A stretch of 64,000 nucleotides of DNA, taken from assembly GCA_002189035.1 (NCBI GenBank), contig NEEC01000008.1, positions 2,542,001-2,606,000 on the forward strand, in the 5' to 3' direction. The stretch is from Utricularia gibba (Eukaryota; Plantae; Magnoliophyta). The translations under genes were made by a program, and so were the position numbers. Each line of letters opens with the position of its first letter. Position 1 is the first letter of the stretch. Under the pieces are notes generated by a model. That model did not search any database. It was not told where the DNA came from and saw only the letters and a program-made list of their open reading frames with translations. Of this stretch, positions 53,111 to 64,000 are shown piece after piece.

Positions 53111-54799
53111 ATGAAACTGAAGGGTTTCCTTTTTCTTCCTGCTGCTGCTCCAGTTTTTCTCTTGTTGCTGCTGCAATTTCCTTGTTTTTCAAGTTCCCTA
53201 ACGTGTCATCCAGACAAGGGCTTGGAATTTTGCAGCCAAGGGACCAGTGGCGATCACCCCATGGCGAATACTCCTGGGGGCCTCCGTGATTCCGAAACTG
53301 ATCAAGATCACTCCCTCGCCCAGTTCGCTGTTGATCAGCACAATAACAAAGAGGTTTGTTGTATCTAGGCCCTTTTCTTACTTTACCCCTGATGACTATT
53401 TATGTGGCTCCTGATTCAGGGCTAGACAGTTGTTATGATCGACATAATCCTCTTTTGATTCGGCGTTCATATTGATTGGATTTACGGATCCATGTTTTTT
53501 ACTTCTTGTTGTTTATCTTTATTGGTTTTTGTTGTCTCTCTTTTTTTTCCAGAATGCATTGCTGCAGCTAGTCAGGGTTACCAAGTCGCAAGAGCAGGTC
53601 GTGGCAGGGAAGATTCATCATCTTACACTCGAAGTTGATGATGCAGGACAAAAGAAACTGTATGAGGCAAAAATCTGGGTCAAACCATGGATGAACTTTA
53701 AGGAACTTCAAGAGTTTAAGCATATCGAAGATATCCCTTCTTCAGTTTCCACAGAACATGATGCTAATAAAGGTAGTTTCTGATTGAAATAGCATAGTTT
53801 TCTCCTATTTCCGTGGACAAGTAGCATTGTTGAGGAGGGTGACGGAAAAATTATAGTTCTTGATCTGTCACTTGGTGTGCCAAATCGTACCTCCATTTGC
53901 TGATGTGGTTGCTGCTTTTGTTTCCATATCGGAGGATGTTGATCTTCTTTGATTCAAATTTAGGATCCAGCTACACCGTTGCTAGGGCTTAGGTTCATTG
54001 TAGACTGAGTGCTTGATGTTTATCTAGAATAGATTTGGACAAAGTTGTACTACTCAATTATCTGTTTCAGATGAGGAGTTAAGTGAATGGCGATCAGTGC
54101 CGGTTAAAGATCCAATTGTTCAAGAAGCAGCTCATCATGCTATCAAATCGATTCAGCAGAGATCTAATTCGCTGCTGCCTTATGAACTTCGCGAGATCCT
54201 CCATGCAAATGCGCAGGTTGGTGTTTGTGGAAATTTGGCTTGCTTGTTATTCAACATATGCCGTCATACAATTTATGTCTGTTGGAGATACCGCCTGCCA
54301 AATATGTGATGGTGGTGTAGTGTCACTCTTCTTTTACTAAAAAATAATTTCTTGTTATATGGCACTGATGTTCCCCCCAGACTATGCTGTTATTGGTATT
54401 AGAATAGGATTGTCTTTGCATTCATTCATCCAATAGGCGCATTCAAAAAGACTTCGATCCTTCTATTAATCTCAAGGGTCAAGTTTTAGTAGTTGCATTG
54501 GGTATGAGGAAAATAGCTGACTCTGCACATTAGGTGCGAAGAACAACTCTTTTTTTTTTGTGCAGGTGCACTTCAGTATAGGTCCCATATGTTTGTTTGT
54601 TTGTTTCCTGCAAGCGAAGATGAGTATCGACTAACACCTGATGGGGTTTGTTGAATAGGTTGTAGACTCCTCTACCAAGTTTGACATACTTCTCAGATTG
54701 AAAAGGGGAGACAAAGAAGAGAAGTTCAAGGTTGAGGTGCACCACAGTGGTGAAGGTAACTTCCTGTTGAGGAGGATGGATGCCCATCACTCAGCATAA
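53111..54799 (+). CDS. CYS: Two-domain phytocystatin (CYS6/7-like). Exons 53111-53353, 53553-53772, 54071-54216, 54659-54799
   Basis: Signal peptide, N-terminal GG, LAQFAV (LARFAV), QVVAG, KPW, and a second domain with SNSL (legumain-inhibitory motif). Confidence 0.93.
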
Positions 54800-55453
54800 C
54801 TAAACCAAGGCCATGGTAACGATGATCTGCTTAGAGTAAATGTGTGATGCCTTGTAAGACTACTTTCACAGTGTCCTGCCTCCCCTGGCAACTATGCATT
54901 GTGTCATATGAATAAGATTCAGACTTTGTATCTTTTACCTTGCGGTTGCAATGGATGGATATATGAAATGAAGGGTGCCCTTACCTGGTTCTACTTCTGT
55001 GAATCCTTCCATGATCCCCCATTTCTGGCCCTAAGTCAGAAAGACAAGAAAACGCTCACGAGATCTGGCGGGGGGTTCATTTATGAAGGCTGCCCGTCTC
55101 TTCTCCAAGTTAGCTCCCTTCTTTAATATCATTTTCTTTTGAAGAGATACAACAGAATCATTTATTATATGAAGCAACGTTCGTTTCAGGATTCCAGTAT
55201 ACTGAACGGAAAACGTGCCATGTGTTTCATTTTTTATTTTTACTTCCAATAAAGTGAAATCATATTATGTTATTATTAATGTCAATGGTACTTGCTTGGG
55301 GTTTTTTTGAAAATAAATTTGAAATTGTGTTGTATAGGCCACGTCCATAAGTGCATGGCCTCCCCCATTTTAATTGCCTTTTTCAATCGTCGCTTTTCAA
55401 ATTTTCAACTCCACTGTAACTCACACTCCGCCGTTCCATCGCCGGGGAACTCA

Positions 55454-56361
55454 ATGAGCGCGAGGATGAAAATGAAGGACCTGGCGTCGTGCTTCTACGC
55501 ATGCCGCTTGCAGATGGGTAATCGAATCTGTATTTCTTTTTTTGTTTTCTCGGCATCCAGTTTATGATAATGTGAATGTTACGCTGTCTCTTTCATTTGA
55601 TTCCAGAAGATGAACCTGGGATCTTGAAAGAATCGCCGCAGTCTCCGGCTGGAGAAGGCGGCCGTAGAAAGAGAGCAGCGAAAATCAGGAAGCGCAGCTG
55701 TAGTGAGCCGGGCTTCGGTGAGGAGGATTACATCGTCTTCTGTTTCCGCGACGACGGTGCCATCTACGTCCTAAATGAGCGCGGTGGCGGCTCATCTGAA
55801 GAATACGGTGACGGTTGTGAAGCCTCAGCCGCCGTCCCTCCATCCAAAGCTGAAATAAAAGTAAGTGATCATCGCTTATGTTTTCGCAGTTTGCACTACT
55901 CTGATTCTAGACTTTCGCTTGGCTCTGTAAACTTCACTGCGATGAATGCCTCCGGCCACCATCGGATTCCAACGCCGTTCACCCAACCCAACCACCCCAG
56001 ATCAAGGTAAAGACAATAACTTCAAACAGCAATCAACTTCCACAAAAGTTTCAGATATTCAAAAAGCACAATCTCAGGATGAGAAGCAGAGGCTCCCCAA
56101 AACGGCAGATCATGGAAATGGGAGCAAAGTTGAGTCTCTGGAGTCGTGTGATTCAAACCCATCGGAGACCAGCACCACCAGCTCCTTTGCCTTCCCAGTG
56201 TGAGTAGCAAAAAACACCCAATTCGTTTGATTCTTGCTATACACACACAAAATAAGCTTGTGCTGGTTTGGTGTGTTCCTAGTTTGGGGCCGGAGTGGAT
56301 GGGGAGTCCCGATCACATGCCCACCGCGAGACGAGCCGATCGCAGCGACGTAGTTGTATAG
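55454..56361 (+). CDS. BASL: BASL-like polarity protein. Exons 55454-55517, 55607-55860, middle uncertain, ~56078-56199, 56283-56361
   Basis: CFYACR N-terminus, EEDYIVFCFRDDGA, and SSFAFPV|LGPEWMGSPDHMP after splicing are characteristic BASL-family blocks. Confidence 0.8.
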
Positions 56362-57307
56362 TGTACAACAAATTTGACTCTCTGTATTTTGATTATAAAT
56401 AAAACGGTTATCGAGACCCTATTTCGAATAAATATTAAAATTAGTAGTTTTGTTATTAAATACGAACAATTTATATTTTTATAAATTTTAAGTTTTTATA
56501 GAAAAGTAATGTCAAACATAATTTTTGTTCAAAAAGTTTCCTTTTTTTTTCTTGAATCTACTTCATGCTTGCTTCTATTTTTTGGGGAAGTATTTTTAAT
56601 ATATAAATTTGATTCATACTAATCAAAGTATATTGTTTCAAAATTCATTTTGAATTGATTTTGTTAAGTAATAAAAGTCTATTTTTGAAATAAACTAAAC
56701 CCATGACAAATCAGCTTCACTCGAACGAACAAGAACAATCGTTTTCATAGGAAGCATCAAGTTATGTCTTAATTTTAATATTTATATTAAAATAATATCT
56801 TGAATTCAAGTACTTTTTCCATACAATTTTTGCTCTTAAAACATTAAACATTAAAACCTGAAAATAGCAACCTGCTTGATCTTATCAAAACATACCCCTC
56901 ATAAGTTCATCCCTATGTGCATAAATTTTTTTATTGATTTTATTGTTCAATATAATTGATCAAAGGAGATCATAAATTTAGAAATAATTCTTATTTTTAC
57001 AGAAATATAATTCATATTTATTATAAATAAATTTTGGAAAAGCAAAGCTTCTTCCAAGCAGCACCTGTATGCGTCATGGATGATGCATGTCATGACTCGA
57101 TGGAATCGTCCATAGCATCTCGTTTTCTTTAACCGCACGCAACTTCTTTAATAATTATTAAAATGATTTTTTTTGTGGCTGGGAGAATTAATTGAATTTT
57201 CTCAATATGGTGTTTAATTGACTACATGTCATGACAAACAGCGGTTGAAAAGTTGTTACAACGTGCAAGGAAAGCGAAAGTCAACTATACACTTCAGTGG
57301 TTTCTAT

Positions 57308-58261
57308 CTACCGTTCGATGTCCATTGCACCCAATCTTGATTTCCCGATCTGAAGAAAGCTCCCCGCCTCGCCGGAACTGCCGACATGGAGGTGCTTTTG
57401 CTCCTCGGCTCCGCCGTGGGGATAGTGATCGGAATCGAATTCGGATAGCGTCCGGTAGCGAATTTCGTCATGCCGCAATAGTTTGTCCATCGCGAGATAA
57501 AGGGTCATGGAGAAAACCGTCACTCCGGCGACATACCAGCCGAACTGGATGTTGACGAGGGATTTGGCCCTGGCGAGGGCGGCGGCGGCGCTGCAGCGGA
57601 CGACCTTGTGGCCGTCTTCTAGGTTGAGGAAGCAGCCCTTGGGGATGAAGGCGGGTGTCCAAAGCATGAACCCCATGACAGCAAGCCACACGCCTTGAAA
57701 CAACACGCTGACAGATCTCAGGAACCCGATCAGGAAGTTCTCAGGAGTGTATGCGCCCAAAAGGGTAGTCATCAGAGACACAAAGATTACAATTTGGAGC
57801 AGCCAGTGATACTGGCCTTCGACGCCCATGTGGTCCGCCGAGTGAAGGTGGAAGAGGAGGAGCATCTGAGCGAAGGCCATGGATGCAAGCAAGTAGGTCA
57901 AACTGCGCTTCCCGGGAGAGGAGAGCTTGTCAAGGAGGATGGAAAACAGCGCGTAGATGAAGAAAGTTAAGGATATATTGGAATGCTCGAAGTTGTGTAA
58001 ATGGTTGGAGGGGATTGTTCCGTCGGCGTCGAGGGGCTGGTGGCGGTGGGGGCCGATGAACAGCTCCATGGAGATGGACGTGACGGTCCCAACGACGATG
58101 AGATAGAGCTCCAAGTACCGGCACCCCGCCACCGGAAACCATGGCGAGGAAACAAACGATTTAGGGTTCAGAGCATAGCGCCGAATGTTGCTGAAGAGAT
58201 GCCATAACCCGATAACCAGGAACCCGAATCCAGGGCCAACATGGCCAATCAAGGTGCCCAT
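57308..58261 (-). CDS. DUF716 / TMEM45-family membrane protein, single exon
   Basis: MGTLIGHVGPGFGFLVIGLWHL, NHLHNFEHS, LLFHLHSADHMGVEGQYH, FQGVW and GFMLWTP. Confidence 0.9.
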   Translation of the reverse strand: MGTLIGHVGPGFGFLVIGLWHLFSNIRRYALNPKSFVSSPWFPVAGCRYLELYLIVVGTVTSISMELFIGPHRHQPLDADGTIPSNHLHNFEHSNISLTFFIYALFSILLDKLSSPGKRSLTYLLASMAFAQMLLLFHLHSADHMGVEGQYHWLLQIVIFVSLMTTLLGAYTPENFLIGFLRSVSVLFQGVWLAVMGFMLWTPAFIPKGCFLNLEDGHKVVRCSAAAALARAKSLVNIQFGWYVAGVTVFSMTLYLAMDKLLRHDEIRYRTLSEFDSDHYPHGGAEEQKHLHVGSSGEAGSFLQIGKSRLGAMDIER

Positions 58262-59552
58262 TCTCCGCTTTTGTGAGGAAGATAAGATGTGGATAAGCAG
58301 AGGGGGTTTTTATCGATGTGGGATGTGGACTTTGGACTTTTACTAGGAAATGTGCACGACAACACAAGACAAGACCGTTTGGAAAGTCTAGAGGGTTCTT
58401 ATTAAAATGGAGCCTTGAAGCATAACCTTATTATTAAACTTGGCACAATTGGAATGGGGGCACGCGGATGAGGTTCGGTCAACCAAGTACCTTGTACCAA
58501 ATGCAAACGTGGCATGGGGGTTGTTAGCTTCTAAGTAAGCCGTAATCTTATCGTTTGGTAGGTTTTAGAGACTATTATGTAATTCGAAGTTGTGATTTAG
58601 ATTATATAGAATAAAATTAATTTTAAAATTATAAAATTGTTTTGTAACATAATAATAAATTATATATTAAATTTAATTTTATGATATAAATGTATTTTTA
58701 TATTAGACGAAAAATGAATATTATAATTTTTTAATTACTATACTATTTAATCGATAATACATAAATTTAAGAAATTTAATAATTTCTAAAATTAATGACA
58801 AAATCTTAATTTTTAATTTCATTATATAACAGAATGATGAAAGATTAAAATCTTTAAAAATTAAATAAAATTACTCAATAAAATTGTGTTTATAGAATAA
58901 CCCTTAATCTTAGAAATACGTGTATTAATAATTTTTACTTCCAAAGACGTGTATATTAAAAATTACATATGCTTATTAAATAATTTTTCAAATAATTAAT
59001 TGAATCATATTTTTTGAAACTCTTCATTAGTAATTTTTCTTAGTCAATCAAATTTAATATATATTAAATATAATGATCTTTTAAATATACATTTATTAAC
59101 GGAATATACCCAAGAAAAATAGGTATACCCCTTTTATTAATATTATTGACGAACTATACCGCTATGGGGAGGCTCTACGAGTTGAGTCTTCCCCCAGGCT
59201 CCATCTGCAACCATTTTCTTCATTTGATGGTTACAGTTTATTCGGCTATGTGGGAATCTTGAACAAGAATCAGAGAACATTGTGGGCAGTCTGATGAGCG
59301 TGGATACAAATTTGTGAACGCTCTGATGAGCCTTGATGTTTTTTTTCTCTGAATGCAGGGCAGTTGTTCGATGATATTCTGCTAAAGGGCATTCTAGAGA
59401 TGAGTGGATTGTAAGGTAGGTTCGGTGTCTACTAGTATGAGGGCGGACAAAAGAAGATAAAAACTTGTGAGTTTGGTTTGGAATATGGTTATTCGTTTTG
59501 GTTCCCGGTTTGTTTCAGGGGGTTTTCTCTTGGATTGATTGGGGAGAATACT

Positions 59553-62500
59553 ATGTTGGGGGTTTTCCTTCGTCACTTCCGGAGCCCCTGTTCTCTGTCA
59601 TACGTGCATTTTGCCACTGCTAGGAAGAGCATCTTTTGTTCTTCCCTCCACCCTCTTGGAGCACTTTCCACAGGCGTCAGTGGAAATAACATGGACGAGA
59701 CGGCCATCGATGTAGGGGCCGGAGGCGGGTATGATGACGGAAAGTTCCCGCAGGGTGGGTTTGTTTGGAAGCGGCCAACTGTGTGGAAAAGCTTTATGTT
59801 GAGAACCAGGCTTTTCTTTGCTATGCCGTGGGCGCGGTTTGAAAAGGGCAGTGTTCTGAAGATGACACTTCGGGGAGAGGTGTTTTTGAGATTTCTCTCT
59901 CAGTCCAAAATCCGAAATATTTTAAGTAATATGTTGAAGTATTCATGATTTGGTACAGATAACTGATCAGTTGAAAACCTTCTCCAGAGTTCTGTCGTTA
60001 CCGCAGATTTGTGAGAATTTTGAGAAAGCAGCTTATGACCCCCGTATAGCTGGAATCTATCTTCATATTGATGAACTGCAATGTGGATGGGGAAAGTTGG
60101 AAGAGATACGCAGGCATGTATTGGATTTTAAGAGATCAGGTCTCTCTCCTCAAGTCCTTAATGGTTGTTGGTAAATTATATAGATGCCGCTGCATGTTTA
60201 CATATTTATAGGTAATATGGAGTTCTTTTTCAAAACATGTTGCATAACATCTCATGAAGTTATGGAATTGATTGAGTAGCCTTTGGCTTTGCTTTTTTGT
60301 TGTTTGTTGTCTGCTGCTTTTCCCAGTATGCGTTTTTTCTTCTGAATGCTGCAATAAATTCCTCCTCATTTATTGTCATGTTTCTCTTGTTTTATTTATG
60401 AGATTTGAATTGGAACTTTTAATCTGCGGACTCTTGTTCTATGCGCAAAGGAAACTTCTGAGAATATGGATGGTTTATGTCAAAATGATCTTCAGGTTAG
60501 TTACATTACTTATGAAGTACAATTTGCAGGTAAGTTTATCATAGGGTATGCCCAGTCTTGTGGGGTTAAGGAATACTACATTGGCAGTGCTTGTGAGGAG
60601 CTTTATGCTCCTCCAAGTGCATATATTGGATTATATGGCATGCACGCTCAGGGATCCTTTCTTGGAGGTCAGATTAAATGCACTATTTTATCATAACTGA
60701 TTACACAGAGACTTATGCTGTAGAGTTTACTTTATAATGATTAAATTGATGGTTCATGATATCCATAGTTAGAGTGGCTGAAACGAACATTTTGTAGGCA
60801 TGCTTGAGAAAATTGGTGTTGAAGCAGAGGTGCAGAGAATAGGTAGATTCAAAACTGCAGCAGATTCATTCACTCGAAAAACAATGTCTGATGAAGGGCG
60901 TGAAACGCTCAGTGTGCTTCTTGATAATATCTACAAAAACTGGATCGACCAAATTTCTTTTGCAAAAGTTATTTTGTTTGCAGCTAGATTTCTAGTATAA
61001 TGACTTCTGGCGAGGCACTTATTGAGTAACGTTCACTTTGTTTTATAGGAAAGAAGAAGACAGAAATCGAGAATTTTCTCAATGAAGGTGCACACCAAGT
61101 TGAGAGAATGAAAGAAGAAGGCTTAATAACTGATATTATATATGATGACGAGGTTTACATTCACTTCCTTTTTGGATAGCATCATAAAATAAGTAAACCT
61201 TCAATCTCCTAGCCTACTGAACCGTCTATGTATAAGGCAATACTACTTTGACTTTCTTTTATTTTTATCCACTCCACATTTCTAATTTATTGGTTTTGAC
61301 GTGAATGAATTTCAGGTAATATCTCTGTTAAAAAAACGATTGGGACGTCCTGAAAGCAAAGGAATTCCTACTGTTGACTACAGGTATTGTGAGTCCAAAT
61401 CAAAGTGATGATTAGTAGAGTGGCAGTCCGCTTTGATGATTAAGTCTCATGCTTTTTTCTGTTCTGTATTGCCTATGATAGCGTTTCGTTTAAAGTTCAT
61501 ATTGTTGACTGCAGATATTGTTCGGATCACGCAGAATTGAAAGTAGTGGCATGTTAGTGCACTTTGATGAACTTGGGAAAAGTCATCATGCTTTTTCTAC
61601 TTCTTTTTCTTTTTTTTTTCTTTGTATGATTTATGCTAGCATTTCATTTCAAAAGAACTTACATAGCATGTTCATGTCATACATAAATTGATAAATGCTC
61701 TGATTTGGTATTGTGGTTGGCAAAAATAATGAAAATGGTTCACTTGGGAAATACGTAGCATGTTCATGTCATACATAAATTGATAATGCTTGTTTTGTGT
61801 ATCATGTGCAGCAAGTACTGCAATGTCAGCCGACGGATGCTAGGCCTGAGTAGCAATGAGCACCAGATAGCTATAATTAGAGCTTCGGGAGGCATTAGGA
61901 GGACACAAGGTCAACTCAGGACCTCCAGCACAGGAATTTTTGCTGATCGTTTCATCGAAAAGATTCGCCATTTAAGAGGTAATATCAGGATTTGTTGATT
62001 AAATGTGAGATAGATTGTGCAACTAGGTGTGTAGGTTGCTGTCTCCAGGATGCCTATTTATTGCTCACTATGTTATGAATCATTTGATCATTGGAATAAA
62101 GAGTTTTTGCAGTGTCAAAAAAGTATAAAGCTGTTATTATACGAATAGATAGCCCTGGAGGAGATGCACTTGCTTCTGATTTGTGAGTGCTACTGATCTT
62201 CTATTGCTTCTTCGTTTTCACATGCTAGTTTGTATGAGGCAAAGAGTTAAAAGAGCGGAAAAAATGCTAAATTCTGTTGCTGTTTCATTAACCAGAGATC
62301 CTTGTGAAGATATACGTATAAACCTCCAGTCACTTACTACGCATGCCAGCATCTCCTAATCCATGCTCTAATTTTCATTCGCCTTGTGATTGTGTTAGTT
62401 TCTATCCTTTTCTAGTGTGTAATCATTTTATTATCACAGAATCTGGAGGGAAATCAAACTTCTGGCTGCCTCTAAGCCAGTAATTGCGTCAATGTCCGAT

Positions 62501-63607
62501 ATAGCAGCCAGTGGGGGCTACTACATTGCAATGGCTGCAGGTGCAATTGTTGCGGAGAAGCTTACTTTAACGGGTTCAATCGGAGTTGTAACAGGTGAAA
62601 CCATGTATGCGTGTGTTGGTTGAAATACTTAGAGCTAATCCATTTCAGAAGCTGTTATTCATCAAGCTTTTATGTCGACACAAGTTCAAAGTTCAGAAAT
62701 TTCTACTGCAGGGAAACTTAACTTGCAGAAGCTTTATGAGTACATCGGCTTCAATAAGGAGATCATCTCAAGGGGGAGATATGCCGAGTTTGCTACATCA
62801 GAGCATCGACCACTGAGGTTTGTAAGTAATTTGCTGATGCTAGATTCATTAAAAAAAATGCACATTTACTTAATAGAATATCTGCTGCTCTGCAATAACG
62901 GCCCTTTTTCTGTTTTTCATTAGATATATACTAATATCATCTCCCAAACTAAAGTAGATTTCATCCAATGTAACTTGGCTTGGGCAGAGCGGATGAAGCT
63001 GAGCTTTTCGCAAAAAAGGCACAGGATATTTATAATCAGTTTCGAAACAAAGCAGCTTTGTCGAGATCAATGACAGTAATGCTATGAAACGTTATACTCA
63101 TCCTTATTGAGGTGGTTGTTTATTTTTCTGTAACTAACAAATGACCCTTGAAGGTGGAAAATATGGAAAAAGTTGCACAAGGCAGGGTTTGGAGTGGTTG
63201 TGATGCTGCTTCACTCGGCCTTGTTGACGCAATTGGTGGGATTTCTCGAGCGGTGGCAATAGCCAAGCAAATGGCCAATATTCCCCAAGATAAACAGGTG
63301 CCTTTTTTATGCATTGAGCTGATCTCTTGCTCCATGAAAAAACTGGTTTTCAAACCATTTTCATATTGAAAACGTTGATCATCAGGTGACGCTAGTTGAA
63401 CTCTCGAGATCGCCCCCAAATCCATTCGATATATTGAGGGCCATTGGAAACACATTGGCGGAAGCAGATGAGATGGTTGGTGAGTTGTTGACACAGGATG
63501 ATGAAATTCAAGCCAGAATAGATGATACTCTGTATCAAAATGTTGATGGTGCTTCAAATACCAAGCCTGCCTTGTCCCTAATAAAAGATTGCCTCAGATG
63601 GCTTTGA
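59553..63607 (+). CDS. SPPA: Serine protease SPPA (signal peptide peptidase A, plastid), ~14 exons
   Basis: Transit peptide, [63 protein letters not shown] (catalytic Ser), TLTGSIGVV and AQGRVWSG..A...GLVD. Confidence 0.93.
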
Positions 63608-63911
63608 TCAGTAACTGTACCCAGCCTCGTATATTTGCTGAACCCGTTTGGAATTTCATTGAACTTTCGCAGACTGCAATGTGCATAAACATTGCTAAAC
63701 GATCATGAGTTCGGATTAAATCGGATTCCTGTATTTAAAGACACTGCACTACACTGCAGAAACATTGCTGTCATTTAGAAATGATGAGCATTACTTGGAA
63801 CTCCTTTGAGATTGAATCTTTGAAGAGCCTGGAGAAATGACTAGGAGTGCTTTAAACAGTTAGAAAATGCAGTGATGTATGGTTGGTATACAGGAAATGT
63901 TGGATATGTGT

Positions 63912-64000
63912 TCACTGAAGCACACAAGACTGGCTACCACCATTTTGGTGGTTGCCACCGCCGCTGAGGAGTTGTGTGAATTCTTGATCGGTAGTCGTGA
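63912..64000 (-). CDS. Probable C-terminal end of a neighbouring gene, ending in a CaaX motif (...GGSQSCVLQ*)
   Basis: Open frame from the right edge reads TTTDQEFTQLLSGGGNHQNGGSQSCVLQ then TGA. Only 29 codons are visible. Confidence 0.4.
   Translation of the reverse strand, partial: TTTDQEFTQLLSGGGNHQNGGSQSCVLQ

Noticed and set aside
58314-58324. Second perfect USE motif (ATCCCACATCG, minus strand)
   Set aside because: It is only ~53 nt upstream of the DUF716 ATG, has no TATA at snRNA spacing, and sits within a TCCACA/TCCCACA micro-duplication. Probably chance.
59292-59352. Box C/D-like motifs (TGATGA, CTGA) with partial 25S rRNA complementarity
   Set aside because: D' and C' overlap, the span is short, the pairing needs two wobbles, and I know of no methylation site at the implied position.

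Overview
Gene-dense eukaryotic window from a land plant, most likely a compact-genome eudicot (inference from short GT-AG introns, AT-rich spacers and a BASL-like gene). About 23 protein-coding loci are supported, in order: AGO10-like (5' part), LESV, KCS, EYA, DUF688-like, two tandem TBL acetyltransferases, NPU, nsLTP1, a small unknown protein, FAX3-like, LEA_2, FHY/RFK, NYC1, CDC48C, CYP78A, two-domain cystatin, BASL-like, DUF716/TMEM45, SPPA, and the 3' tip of a possibly prenylated protein at the right edge. There are also degenerate TE remnants (Tourist-like MITE, Ty1/copia integrase fragment, probable LTR and Helitron ends) and short repeats. The most notable element missing from the ORF track is a MIR390 precursor at ~21686-21785. 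Its mature strand differs from canonical miR390 at position 8 (G>A), with an exactly compensating C>U change in the star strand. Other points of interest are a CDC48C with several substitutions in conserved D2 motifs, intron loss within the TBL pair, two GC-AG introns, a U12-like intron, an snRNA-type USE+TATA module with no recognisable snRNA, and a frame anomaly in the FAX3-like gene. Exon boundaries were read by eye and family calls rest on remembered motifs, with no database searches. Many ORF-track entries are antisense shadows or use non-ATG starts.
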